From assembly GCF_009834535.1 (NCBI RefSeq), contig NC_045707.1:55058001-55122000 (forward strand): a stretch of DNA of 64,000 bases. The letters are read 5' to 3'. The stretch comes from Camelus ferus (Eukaryota). The translations under genes and the position numbers were made by a program. The stretch's first letter is position 1. Each line of letters opens with the position of its first letter. Below, piece after piece: positions 25,646 to 38,627 of the stretch. Below the pieces are notes generated by a model. It saw nothing but the letters and a program-made list of their open reading frames with translations. It did not search any database and was not told where the DNA came from.

Positions 25646-28241
25646 TAGCTGCTGTGGTGATTTTTAAAGCAATTTTAAATGTCTTTGCCTGCATTTGCCA
25701 AATACTATATAGTTTATTGCCCTCTGTGTTGATGATTCAGAAATTCACATTATGTTACTTTGGGTGTGTGTGTACATGTGTGTACACTTTCAAAAATAAC
25801 ACTTCAAAGGTTTGAGAAATCGTTGAGATTTTACTGAAAGCTGAACGTAAGAAACATGAGTGGCCTGATGACCCGAAATACCCCTATTTTTTCCACATAT
25901 CAACCTACCCTTTGGTGAATTGTAAAGGTTTGATTTCATCCAGGCAGTTCTATGCACCATGAGTTTTGTCAGTATTCTTGCTGTTAGGATTCTGGACATT
26001 GGCCAAGCTATAAAAATAGTTTAGACATGACTGAAGTGATGGAGTCACTCATGGGGAATAACCCTGTTATCCTCCATTCTTAAAATGGGAGGTTGCAAAA
26101 TCAGTCAAATAACTCAGAGAGGGAAGTTGGCCCCCTCTTCATTAAAAGCAAAAAAAATCAGAAATAAAAGTTAGCCTGACTTCTGGGAATATTAGCCATT
26201 TGTATTTGCAGTTAGATGTAAATAATGGAACTTTTCATTTCCTAGTACTTGAGTGTTTTGAACTAAGGAAAGTCAAGAATCATTTAAAAAAAAAAAAAAG
26301 GTCACAATGTAAAAATTATTTTTAAAAATTAATAAAAGTAAATCTTTGTTGAATTCTTTTGGATTCTTGCCTATGAGTATACTATTGCATTCACTTTGTT
26401 TCTCTTTAAGTTTCATCCATTCATTAGGATAATCATACCTCTTTTTTTTTTTTTTTTGCATCTTCATGTAATTTTTGCAATCTGATGAGCATTTTTAAGG
26501 AGATTATTTTAATATGAAAATTAAAATATTTTTTTCTGTATAGGTGCTATTATAACTACTGCAATTACATTGAAGTGTATTTAATATGGGAATTATTTTA
26601 AGCAGGTAACTGCAGTGCCCTTCTATCTCTATATAGCAGCCAGATTTGAAGCTATTTTCTAAATGCACAGTTTCAGTGCATCATTTATAGAAAGCTATAA
26701 CAATTCTCATGTGAAAGATCACCACAGAGATAATTTAATTATGTATTGTGAGAGTCCTTGTCTCTTAAGCATGGATAGGGATATCACAGCCTTTAATTAA
26801 GTTGGCCCCTATACTTCCTTGCCATCTTATCTTTCTGAGTCAGCCAAATTGCTAAGTATACTATATGCTTAACCATGCCAACTGATAAAATAATCTAACT
26901 ATTGATCTAGTAATTACACTTATATTTCATATGAATTTACCTGAATCACACAGTTTTAAAAAGGTAAGAACTCTAGCCACATACAGGAAAAATTCCCTAA
27001 ATGTCAATCAGTAATGGCGCTCAGAGTTATTATAAAGCAGTTTTCTTCATAGGACTTAACAAGAAATTGCTTTATTCAAATAATTATATTTGTTTTTCTT
27101 CTCCAAATAAAAAGTACCATTTTATCCTCATTCAGGATTTAGTCAACAAATACATCCTACACCTTGAATAGCTAATCCCCTTGAAACCACTGACAACTCC
27201 CATTTGTCTATTTTGATGCCTCTGATTTTTTTCTTCCTGCCTCATATTTCAAGAGGTCATAATGGACATTTGCTTTACAGCCCCTGAGGGGGTTCTTCAC
27301 AGCTCTGTTTGCCTGCCTTCTAGTCAAAATGCTTAAAGAATTTGGGGCTGAAAAACCATTCTCTTTCATTAGGGCCCAAGCAACCTTCTTTTTAACACAA
27401 ACTGTAGTTGCTCAAAACAGTTGGCTGAATTGAAACAAAAAGGCTTTTCAAAATGCATTCTGGACGTCAAGAAAACAATTAGTAAAACAAGATAATTGCC
27501 AAATTTAATTTCATCCCTTTGTAAGAGTCACCTCATTAAAATGTTTGTGAATAATTTCCATAGAGTGTTGACAATAAACCACTTCTATTAATTGTACACG
27601 GCTTATCTAGAAGGAATAAAAGCCAGTGAGTCCCCAAAGAATCACATGATTAAACTGAGAGCTGCCATGTCTAATTATGATTATTATCACAACAACCACT
27701 TTGAAAGAATGTATTTTAAATATTATTTGTCCCATCAGACTGAAAGGGATTTTTAAACAAAATTTAACAAGTAAATTGCATTCTGTAGAATATAGTTACT
27801 AAACATCTTAGGAGGTATTTATGTTTCATTATTTTAGAACTTCTGAGGAATCTCAAGAATGTATCACAGGATAGTCAAGAGCAACTGTTAAAAAATATGA
27901 GATCTAATATCATAACAAAAAAAAAAAAAACATAATGGTAGAGGCCTGGCTTTTTTAATGAGAAAAAAAATCTAAACTTTCAGTAATAGGAAAACTTGAA
28001 ATTCCTAGGATGCTTTTATTATAGTTTTGGGATTTGTGTTTGTATTGTATATGTCTCACGGGACAGAAATTACGGATGTGGTTTATAGAGTAGACTAAGT
28101 AAATGATCTCTTATTTTTAGTTTTGTATTTAACCTTTGATCAATTTTTTTTAAACAAAATGTAGAAATTAGACTTTTAGAACCAAGTCTTTTTCATGCAC
28201 TTTTTATTAGGGAATGTTTTAAGCATGAACAAAAATAGAGG

Positions 28242-28320
28242 CACTTTCACTCTCACAGAATAGAGGGGCTTTCACTTTCACTTTTCACTTTCATGACTTT
28301 CACTTTCACACTTTTCACTG
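28242..28320. repeat. degenerate tandem (TTTCAC)n array
   Basis: 'ctttcactttcacttttcactttcatgactttcactttcacacttttcact'. Confidence 0.9.
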
Positions 28321-28469
28321 ATAGGAAGCCATCTCCTACCTTAAATCTTTTTTTATTTGTATACCTATTCCCTTTTCTCTCCCCAGATACTATATTAATG
28401 AGAGTCATAGTCATCATTTCATTTCATCTGTGATTCTTTGCGTACATGCAGAGCATTTTATATTCCAAA

Positions 28470-28600
28470 GAATCATTATTTACATCCCTTAATTTTACGG
28501 ATGACAAAATTCAATCCAAAATACATAAAGCCATTTTATATGTAATACATCTAATAAATGGTAGAGTTGGGATTAGTATCTGACCCTAGTGCCTCTTCTT
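28470..28600 (-). mobile_element. MIR fragment
   Basis: 'attttacggatgacaaaattcaatcc...taataaatggtagagttgggatt'. Confidence 0.55.
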
Positions 28601-28699
28601 GTCCTTGTACATCTGGGTTTTAGGAAGTTTTAAGAATTGAAGTTTCTCATTCGGGAATGGCAGAGGAAAAGATGACATACTGATGAAAACATGAAGGTC

Positions 28700-28857
28700 T
28701 CACATTCTATTTTCAGACCTCACCTCTGAAGAGCTGTTACAGCTCCAGAACTGCAAACCACTCAGAGTTAATAGTTCTTAGGAACATTCCTAAATATACT
28801 TTCTACATACAAATCTCAGTCTCAGAATCCACTTTCTGGAGAAATTAACCTGTTACA
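28700..28857 (+). mobile_element. ERVL LTR 3' end (LTR16-like)
   Basis: 'acatacaaatctcagtctcagaatccactttctggagaaattaacctgttaca' resembles the LTR16 terminus and ends in CA. Confidence 0.6.
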
Positions 28858-29339
28858 AAGTTGAACTTTAAAATTAGTTCTTGTCTTTGTTACAAGCCTG
28901 TATTATTTTTGAAGGCTCTGAATTTGTCCCAGAAACAATTTGCATGGTTGTATGGCTTTTCCCCATCAGTGGCTGTCAAGACAAGGGTAAAATACGATGG
29001 TAAATTACTGAGTTAAGACAAAAATCAGGATATAAACTTGGTTTCAGGATCTTAAGTAAACAGGACAGAGTTTATACTGCAGATTTGATAGGAAATAAGT
29101 GGCTTTTGCAAATGTCTGTACTCCTGTCATAGTAACAAATTTATCCCTATATTACTGGCTCAGCAAAATCAATGTGTAGGTTAGTGGGCTTGGGTAGTAC
29201 ATTGCCATCTCCTCTGAGTTCAACAAGTGGTGGTGCTTGCCAGGATATTATATAAACACTGACGAAAGGAAGACATGAAAGTCATAGACTACAACCTTTT
29301 TTTCCCAAATATGGGAAATAGAAGTCAGAAGGCAGTAGT

Positions 29340-29600
29340 CTGCAGCTGCCTGTAATAGCACTCATGAAGCAGCAGTGAACATTTGGCCACTTTCTACTTT
29401 GATGAGTTACCAACCATTGCTAGAGTTGAAATAATGAGTTTCAATTAGAAGATGTGTTTATGCTTCACAGGGTCATCCATATTTTTCTTAACTAACTCAG
29501 ATATGGCACATGAAGCAGCTTAGAGGAATATATTCTTGGAAGAGAGCTGAGTATTAAGAACCAGGGAATACCACATAAGACATTTTCTTGGATAGTGGGA
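29340..29600 (-). mobile_element. degraded LTR-retroelement pol (RNase H) remnant, Gypsy/ERVL-like
   Basis: Across frameshifts the minus strand gives YSAL...AASCAI...PV...TH...QWLV...KVAKCSLLLHE, matching the motif order of retroelement RNase H. Confidence 0.4.
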
Positions 29601-29734
29601 TGGGTGTAACTATATGCAGTCCTTCTCCTGGTGGTTTTTATCAACTTGCCTGCATATATAGGGTGTTTCTAGTTTCAGTGTCTTTAAACTTCAATTTGAC
29701 ATATAAAAATAAATCAATGTTACCTGTTACTAAT

Positions 29735-31665
29735 AAGTAATTATAATAAAGTTACAGAATGTAAGATTAATATACAAAAGTCAACCTCTTTCCTAAACTA
29801 CCGGTAATGAACAAGTGAAATTTAAATTTCAAAACATAGTAATAATTATATTAGCACCCACAATGTGAAATACTTGTATAAATATGTCAAAATATGCTTA
29901 AGGTCTTTGTGAGGAAAACTGTAAAACTGATGAAACAAACCAAAGAAGAATTAAGTAAATGGAGAGATATTCCATGTTCATGGATAAGAAGACTCACTGG
30001 CATTGTCACGATGTCAGTTATTCCCAACTTGATCTAAGGTTTAACGTACTCCAAATATAAATCCCAGAAAGTAATTTGTGGATATTAAAAAACTGATTCT
30101 GTATCTTATATGGCAAGGCCAAAATCCCAGAGTAGCCAGTACAGTAGTGAAGAAGAACCATGTAAGAATACTGACACTACTTGATTTTAAGACTTACTAC
30201 AAAGGTACAGTAATCAAGATAGTGTGGCACTGGTGAAAGAATAGAAAAATCAATCAAGGGAACCCACAATAGAGCTCAGAAAGAGTCAACTGATCTTTGA
30301 CAAAGGCGTAAAGATAATCTTTCAAACAGATAATGCTGGAAAAACTGAACATCCACATGAAAAAAAAAAAATAGAATATAGACATACACCTCGCATCCTT
30401 TACAAAAATTGCCAAAATTGTTTATGAATCTAAATGTAAAACACAAAACTGTACAAATTCTAGAAGACAGAACATCTAGATGGTCTTGGGTATAACAATG
30501 ATTAATTAGATACAACACTAAACATATGACATATGAAGGAAATAATTGATACATTGGACTTCATTAAAATTAAAAGCTTCTGCTCTATGAAAGACTGGCA
30601 AGTAAATGAGACAGCTAGCCACAGATTGAAAGAAATTATTTGCAAAAGACATATGTGATACAGTACTATATTCCAAAATATGTAAAGAACTCTTAAAACT
30701 CAACAGTAAGTAAATAATTCAATTTAAAAATGGGCAAAAGACCTAAATAGATAGCTTATAAAAGAACACGCACTGAAAGAAAATAATCATATGAAAAGAT
30801 GTTTTTACATACCTATTAGAATAGCTAAATTCCAAAATGTTAATGATACCAAATGCTGATGAGGATGTAGAGCAATAGGAACTCTAACTCATTGCTTATA
30901 AGAATGCAAAATGGTGCAGCCACTTTGAAAAACAGTGTGACAGTTTCTTAAAAACTAAACATATCCTTATGATATGATCCAATGATTGTGCCCACAAGTG
31001 ATTTGAAAACTTATGTCCGCAGAAAAACTTGCACATGGATGTTATAGCAGCTTTGTTCATAACTGCCAAAGCTTGGAATCAGTCATGATGTTCTTCAATA
31101 GGGGAAAGGATAAATAAACTATAGTATACCCAGGCAATGTAATATTATTCAGCACTAAAAAGAAATGAGCTATAAACCATGAAAAGACAGGGAGGAACCT
31201 TAAATTTATATTAAAAAGTGAAAGAAGCCAATCTGAAAAGGCTGTATGATTCCAACTAGATGACATTCCCGGAAAAGGCAAACCTGTAGAGACGGTGAAA
31301 AAATCAGTGGCTTCCAGGAATGAGGGAAAGAAAGGATGAGTCAACATCCAGATGATTTTTAGGGCAGTGAAACTATTTTGTATGATAATATATACAATGG
31401 TGGATACATGCCATTTTACATTGGTCAAACTCATTGAATATACATTAGCAAGAATGAACCCCAATATAAACTGTGGACTCTGGATGATAATGATGTGTCA
31501 ATGTAGGTTCATTGATTTTAAAAAACATGTACCTCTCTGTGGCAGGGGGTTGTTAGTAGAGGAGGCTGTGCATGAGTCGGGCAGAGGGCCTATGGGAACT
31601 CTCTTTCTGTTCAATTTTGCTGTAAACTTGATACTGCTCAAAGATATAAGGTCTATTAAAAATAT
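29735..31665 (+). mobile_element. L1MC-type element, ORF2 3' half plus 3' UTR, decayed
   Basis: 'aaatggagagatattccatgttcatggat', 'gacttactacaaaggtacagtaatcaagatagtgtggcactgg' and the L1MC 3' end at 31400-31660. Confidence 0.93.
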
Positions 31666-31994
31666 AAAAAATTGGAAATTAAAAAATAAATTGCCCAAAT
31701 ATCATGTATTCTGGTATAGCTCCATCCAAACCTTCAGAGCCAAATAATGTCAACATAATTGACAGCAATTTAAAAGTCAAAACACTACAACATTAGCATT
31801 CAACTGCAAACCTCCGATTTATACTCAACACCATTAACCAGTAAAAAAAAGTAATGTCAATGGGTTAAAAATCACATGAGAACTAAGTGGTGGATGTGCA
31901 TAGGTTTAGAGCCTTGCAATAGGTAATATGCCAGCAAGACTATCTAGTTTTACTGATGATGAATGGTAGTCTACTTTGTGATTCGCACACTTGT

Positions 31995-32175
31995 GGAGAG
32001 GCAGCATGGTGTGATGGATCAATGGGTGTGGTGTGGAGTTTAACCAGTGACCATTTGAATAGTTGATCTGCTGCTTCCTGTGTAAGGAAATATTTACTTC
32101 TCTGTAAAATAAAGATAAACTAATTTTATTAAATTAATAACACATAAAATGCTTTGAATATGCCTTGCATACATA
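31995..32175 (+). mobile_element. MIR SINE
   Basis: 'gagaggcagcatggtgtgatgga...tctgtaaaataaagataa'. Confidence 0.6.
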
Positions 32176-34334
32176 AGATACTGGATAAATATTAGAAATT
32201 TTTATTAGGACTAGGGGCTGTTGGTGGGAGTGCAGGCAGGATATGAGAAATAAGATATAGGATGGAACACATTTCCTAAACCACAGTTTGAAAACTGTCA
32301 AGTCACAGACCCAATTCAACTTGAACCCTCACAGAAAGTGTTAACCTAGCTTCAAAAACTAGCCCTGAATTCTCTCAGAGCCATAGTTAACTAGAACTTG
32401 GTGGCAGCTATTCCTTTTAGATAAGCTCTGGCTCTCCTGTCTGCCTCAGTCTCTGCCTGGTCTTTCTCACGCTTGCATATCTCCTGCCTAGTCTCTGCAG
32501 ACATATCTGCTTGAAACCCCCAGTTTAAACAAACTATATTACGTGGAGCATATCTACTTTTAGGTAGCAAGCTATATTCTTAATAAACTTAATAATATTA
32601 ATAACTATTAATGTTAAATGGACTTAATAATATTTAATGATATTTATATTTAATTATATTGATTTTTTAGGCTATAGTAACCTCATAGTCCAACATGAAA
32701 TGTCACTAAAATTTAATATCCAATTAAATATGGATTTAAAATTTAATTTTAAGGTTTTGTCCCATCTTTTCACATCTAGGTAAATAACATGAAATAGCCC
32801 TTCTAGATGACGTCTTGCTTGTCTAACAAGTTTATAATATGCATGTGAGCTAAGAGGAAGTAGATTGGATGGTTTCCAGTTAGAATCCTTGAGAATTATT
32901 GTGGACTCTTACAGGATTAATGTATTCAGCTATGCCCTGGGTCCTGTTCTACTCTGTTTCTTGCTACTGCTGAACCGTGTTCTGGGGATCAACAATAGCC
33001 ATTTATGTAAACCTATAACTGTACCACTGCCAATCATATGTATTCATGAGTACATCAAGGCTAATTTTCTCCTTAAAGAAGCTTTTTGTGGTCAATGGTA
33101 AAATTTGATAAGCTGTTGTCATTAGATTACCCTCTAAAATTTACATATTATTCTTCACCTAAATTGACTCAAAACCAGAGAAATTGTGCTTTTAATAAAT
33201 GTGTTTTGTAATGAATTTAGCTTATCTTTTCAAACCCTAACCCCAAAAGAAAACTAACAGACATCTGCATATATTCTTCCCCAAGAGAAATATTTCTCAT
33301 ATAGAATGGAAATCTGTGTATTATCTATACAAATGCATTAAAATCTAACCCTGTAAATTATTTGTAAAAATGCAAAACATATACACAAATCATTAAGACA
33401 AAGAATCCTATTTGTATTGAGTTCAAAGAATAAACTTAACAAAAAGACCAGCAAATTTTGCAAAACTGTTTTCTGGAACTGAATATGAATTATAATGAAA
33501 TTTCAATCATTTATACAGTAACTTCTTTATTTTGTTCAGAAGTATACTGAACGTATTCTTTGCATCTTACTGCAAAGTCTATTCCTTCGGCAATTTATCC
33601 AGTGACAAAAAATATTAAGACATTGTTCAAAAATATGTTCTACTACAATATATTTTCAATTTTCTTAGCATGTCTCTAGTAGACATTTTTAAAAATAATA
33701 CCTATATTATCATGAGAAAAACCCAAAAGACCTTCTAAAAAGTGACATGAAGAAGAGTTGAATAAAAGTGCAAAAATGTGTACTGTAGAAAAATTGCCAA
33801 GGTTAGTCACACTGGGAAAAAAAACAAAAACAAAAATCTCATACAAGTTCAGTGCAACTCAACACTTTGGGTTTGAATGAATGCAAGGTCAGCGTTAAAG
33901 GAAGAACTATAGGACACAGCAAAAACATTTACCTTGTGCCTGGGATGACTGTGAGACATCAAGTGCCTGGGAGATCACGGAAATCTGCAGCTTTATGGCA
34001 TGTGCTTTCCTCAGACAGTGGTTTGAATTGGTCTTAGGGTAAAGTGAGAGAACATTTTAGAAAAGACAATTTAGAAAAAAGAGAGACTGTGGCATTAATG
34101 TTTGAAAGTGTGTCTTGGGATAGAGTGGATTGATTTATGTAGCTAAAGAGTACAGAACTCAGATAATTAGGTAAAAGTTTGTGCTGTATATTTTTAGTCA
34201 ATGAAGTAGAATTTTATAAATATAGGTACATGTACCTGTAAATATGCTATCTACCTCAGGAAGTCCTGAATCCCTTATCCTATCCATGTCTAAAAGAAGA
34301 ATAAACTGACAGCTTCTCATGGTAACTTGAAAAA

Positions 34335-34410
34335 AGTTATGCTGAATTTGGTAGGGTATTTAGACTAGAAGACCTCCAATGACCACCTTTTTCAACTCTG
34401 ACAAAGTTCT
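34335..34410 (+). mobile_element. MIR3/L3-type 3' tail
   Basis: 'tagactagaagacctccaatgaccacctttttcaactctga' resembles the 'ggactagatgacctct...ttccagctct' tail. Confidence 0.45.
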
Positions 34411-35429
34411 AACAAATAAGATACTTTCTTTTCTAATTATTTTTGGCCTATATATAAGCGAATGAGTATAAACTGTCATTTAAATTTTGATTTATGTATT
34501 TGTTTTTTTTTCCTCTAGAGACAATTTTGTGGATTAAAAAAATAATCTGACACTGTAGAAACCTAGTATATTGACAGTAACAATCAGATAACATTAACAT
34601 ATTCTTTTTTCATATTATGAAGTTCTACCAACTCCATCTAGCTGATACATATCTTCAGCTGGAGAACAAATCTCTAAAGGAGGTTGAATAAAGTACTATT
34701 TTAACACCAGCACAAATAGATAGATTTTTGATTAATTATATCACAAATGCTAAGAAAATGAAACGCTTAAAAGAATCTGCAGGTCCAAAAACATATTCAG
34801 ATCTAAGTACAGTTTTGTAATGCTTAGAATAATAATTCTATCTGACAACATAGACTGGGATAAGTCACAGTTGTTAACATTTTTTAATGCCACAGAAGTG
34901 TACCTTTTGCATGCTTAGAAGATGGTGAAGAGGTGAAAATTTAATTATACACAAGGCAAATAAAAAGCAAATTATACCAAATTGTAATATATTAAATTAG
35001 GAACTTTAATTATAACCAAGAAAATAATTATTAATCTTAGAGTAGTAAAGTCAAATCTGGGACATTTTAGAAAGTGTTGTGAAATATTTTTATTTTGTAC
35101 TTGGTAGAAGCAATGAATTAAATATTCCACATATAAATAAGTGTAGAAATACTCATATTACATTTTTTCTTCCGTTGTCCTTTATTCCACTGAGTAACAG
35201 TGTCCTCTCAAGAGAAAGAGTTGAGAATGTATTAGGAGTAAAGAGATGTGAGAATAACAAAAATTGTAGCTGATGTAAACTCTGAAAAAAAACCACATTG
35301 AAAATCTTGCAAATTTGGGAGAGGTTCCTACAAACACAAGTGTCACGTAACACACATACTCACATGTCTCACTCCCCTTGAGAAAAAGCTTCTCTTCTCT
35401 CATTGATCCCTCACTTGCTCATTCGCTCA

Positions 35430-35602
35430 TTTTTAGGAAAACATACTTGCCTCATTGATGTCCCCTGAACAACCCTGGCACTTAGCCACCTTTGTTTGAT
35501 TATTTCCTGTAACAGAAATACTTCTACGCATGCCTCAAGCTCCAGTATTTCCAAGGCTCACTCCCTTACTTCACTCAAATATTTGCTCAAATCTCACCTT
35601 TT
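35430..35602 (+). mobile_element. L2, 5' part (split by an L1 insertion)
   Basis: 'ggctcactcccttacttcactcaaatatttgctcaaatctcacc'. Confidence 0.75.
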
Positions 35603-36508
35603 AAAAAAAATAAACATTTTATTTCGGAATAATTTTACTTGTATAGGAGACTTACAAAGATAATATATTGAGACCCTATGTATCCCTCAGCTAATTTCAG
35701 TTTTCCCCGATGTTATCTTTTAAACTGTGTGGTACATTTGACAAAAACTAAGAAGCTAATATAGGTACATTACTGTTAACTAAACTCCAGACCTTATTTG
35801 GATTTCCACTAGAGTCCTTTTTCTTTTTAAGGATCCAATTCAAGATATCACATTGCATATAGTTGTCATTTCTTCTAATTTTCCTCTTTTGTTACAATCT
35901 CTCAGTGTTTCTTTGTTTTACATGACCTGGACAGCCTTAAAGATAACTGGCTGGGTGTTTTCATAGAATACCTCTTAGTTTATGCTTTTCTTATTTTTTC
36001 CTCATGATTACACTGAGATTATGGGTTTTTGGAAAGTACATTACAAAGGTAAAATGTCTTTTCATCACATCATATTAGAAGATAAATGATATTCACATGA
36101 CTTCACTGAGGATGTTACTATTGATTACTTGGCTAAGGTAATGTTTATCAGGTTTCTTTATTGTAAAGTTACCATTTTTCTCTTTCCACACTCTATTAAG
36201 TGAAAGCATATCAGTAAATCCAGCCCACCCCCAAGGGAAACTGGAATTAAGCTCCATATACTGGGAGGCTTTGGCCACTGAGAGTTCTTTACGTTTGACT
36301 CCTGTGTCCCTTTGACATGCCCAGTATCTTGGTTTTTTTGTGCACTCCTTATATTCTAGTACTACAAGATGCTCCACGATTATCTTGTATTTTCTCTGTT
36401 CCAGTCTTAAAATCAGTCATTTCTTTAAGGATTCATGGTTCCTTTTATTGGAGAATGGTATATGGAAGCTAGGATCTCTGTGCTAGATTTACTTCTTTCT
36501 AAAGGGGT
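35603..36508 (-). mobile_element. L1MC/L1MD-type 3' UTR inserted in L2
   Basis: 'ggtacattactgttaactaaactccagaccttatttggatttcc', 'ctagtactacaagatgctcca'; flanked by duplicated aaatctca (35589 and 36509). Confidence 0.88.
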
Positions 36509-36815
36509 AAATCTCATTGTTTTAATGAGACTACCCTGACCACTGTTTAATACTGCAATATTCCCCTTCCCTAATCCCCATTGTAAATTTCTGTTATGTT
36601 TCAATAGCTTGTTCCCTTTTTCATAGCACGTGCAACCTTCAAAAATGTTATAGGATGTATGTATATAATGTGATTAGTTTAATTATCTGTTTTCTCCTGC
36701 ACCTAAAATTTGAGTTATATGAGGGCAGGGATTTTTGCCTTGGTCATTATTATATATCTAGCATATAGAGCAATATCTGGCACAAAGCTGAGAATCAATA
36801 AACATTTTATTGATA
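36509..36815 (+). mobile_element. L2, 3' part
   Basis: 'atgagggcagggatttttgcc...tctggcacaaagctgagaatcaataaacatttt'. Confidence 0.8.
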
Positions 36816-38409
36816 TTTGCAAAAAACTTGAATTATCTAAATACATTTTGGATCTCATTTCATAAAATAATTAAACATCTCAAATCATGTTTATATTTTG
36901 AAAAATAGACATAATTTAGGATAATTTATTTAATAGGATTGGAAAAATCCAAAGAAAATGAGGAATCTGCCATTAAGATCATTGACTTAAGTCCACAAAC
37001 TTGGTGAATTTACATGTTAAGGTATCAATAATTTTACATAAAGGTACAAATAATTTCTGCAGTAGAAGTTTATGGCTGTTGTCCTGTGAAACAGCCTAAT
37101 ATAGTATCTAACACAATTAAAACCTAACTCTCATTTCTTATTAGAAATGTGCCTGTAAATGTGTCTTAATTATGAAATCATTAATGCTCTTTGACATTAT
37201 GTTCATCTTATTGTTCCCTAATTAAGTAATAAGTTCAACTTGACACATGCTCAGTTTATACTTGCATAAGAGTCATAGTTTTACTTTTGAAATTACACTT
37301 TAGTAGTAGACTTACTGTGTTAAATGAGCATTAGCAAACTAGTAGTAATGGTTAATGATATATCTGATTTTAATTCCATTTGAATAAAAAAGGAGAGACG
37401 ACTATGAAATCAAATTCAAATAAAAACCTTACAATCTGTAACTTGAAAACATTGTTTGCAATAAAAGTAATTGTAAAAAGGACTACGTTATTTCAGTAGT
37501 GCATGGAATTTAAATGTTTTTAGCATGAGCTGATATGAAATTCTGCAATTACATTCTAAAATAAAAAGATCACTTTCACAAAATTTGAGCAGGAAACTAT
37601 ATCAATTCTTCTAAGGCGTGATTTTCAGTTTTCATCTACTACTTCATATATCTACAATCCCACTTAGATGATTCAAACTCTATTACAAATATCAAATAAA
37701 AGAAGGAAGAAAAAATCATCCTATTTTGGAATCTTAATTCCAGAGTGAAAAGAAAATGTCAAGTAAAATGATAGAAACAAAATAGAGAATGCATATTTAA
37801 CTGAAAAAAATTTCAATCCTTTTAATATATTACTGATATTTTCATGACACCTTGTCACAAATTATTTCCTCTCCACCCAGTAAGTTTTATGTGTTCTTCA
37901 TAATTAAGCCTATTGGTAATATCTTTACAGTACTTAGGAAAGATATTCCTCTTCCTCGCCCCCTACTCTCTTTTTCTTTCTTTCTCACCATCACATTTAT
38001 CTTCATACTCATCCACACCCACACCCACAAACACCTACACCCATGCACTGCCCTTTTAGGCATAAATGCCAAGAGAAGACAAGATTATTTTTTTAGACTA
38101 ACTATTTTGATTTAAATATTTGATGAACAACTATATGCTTCAACATAATAATTATTTACATATAAGGTACATATTTATAAATGATCATTTGCTTCCTTAA
38201 AAATAAGTGCCAATAATAATATTTCAATAATGTATATAAACTTTAGGAAAAATAATCAGGAAGATGAATTAAGTTTCAAGAATATTGGCATTTTTTTCCC
38301 CTGATGCTACATATAATGCAAGATTAAGCCATATTCCTTAAGAATATAATTTTGTCTGTTTGTTGGTGAAAAATTCATATTTATGAAAAAAATTATTTAG
38401 AGAAATAAT

Positions 38410-38627
38410 CAATGGTGTGCTGGAGTCAGCATTGATCATTGTGTCAGAGCCAAATGCTTCTATTGCTTCCCATCTCTGTTTCATCTTTATTGATCTTCTA
38501 GTAGTTTAAAATCAGCCATGGTGGGAGTATTTATTTACACAGAAAATTGGAAAATACTACAAATTAAAGGGTTGTTTGTGTGTGTGTTTGGAGAGCTGAT
38601 TGTTAAAAATTAGGCAGCACATCACTG
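38410..38627 (+). mobile_element. MER63A-like hAT-Blackjack MITE
   Basis: Inverted ends caatggtgtgctg / cagcacatcactg; core 'aaatcagccatggtgggagtattta'. Confidence 0.85.
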
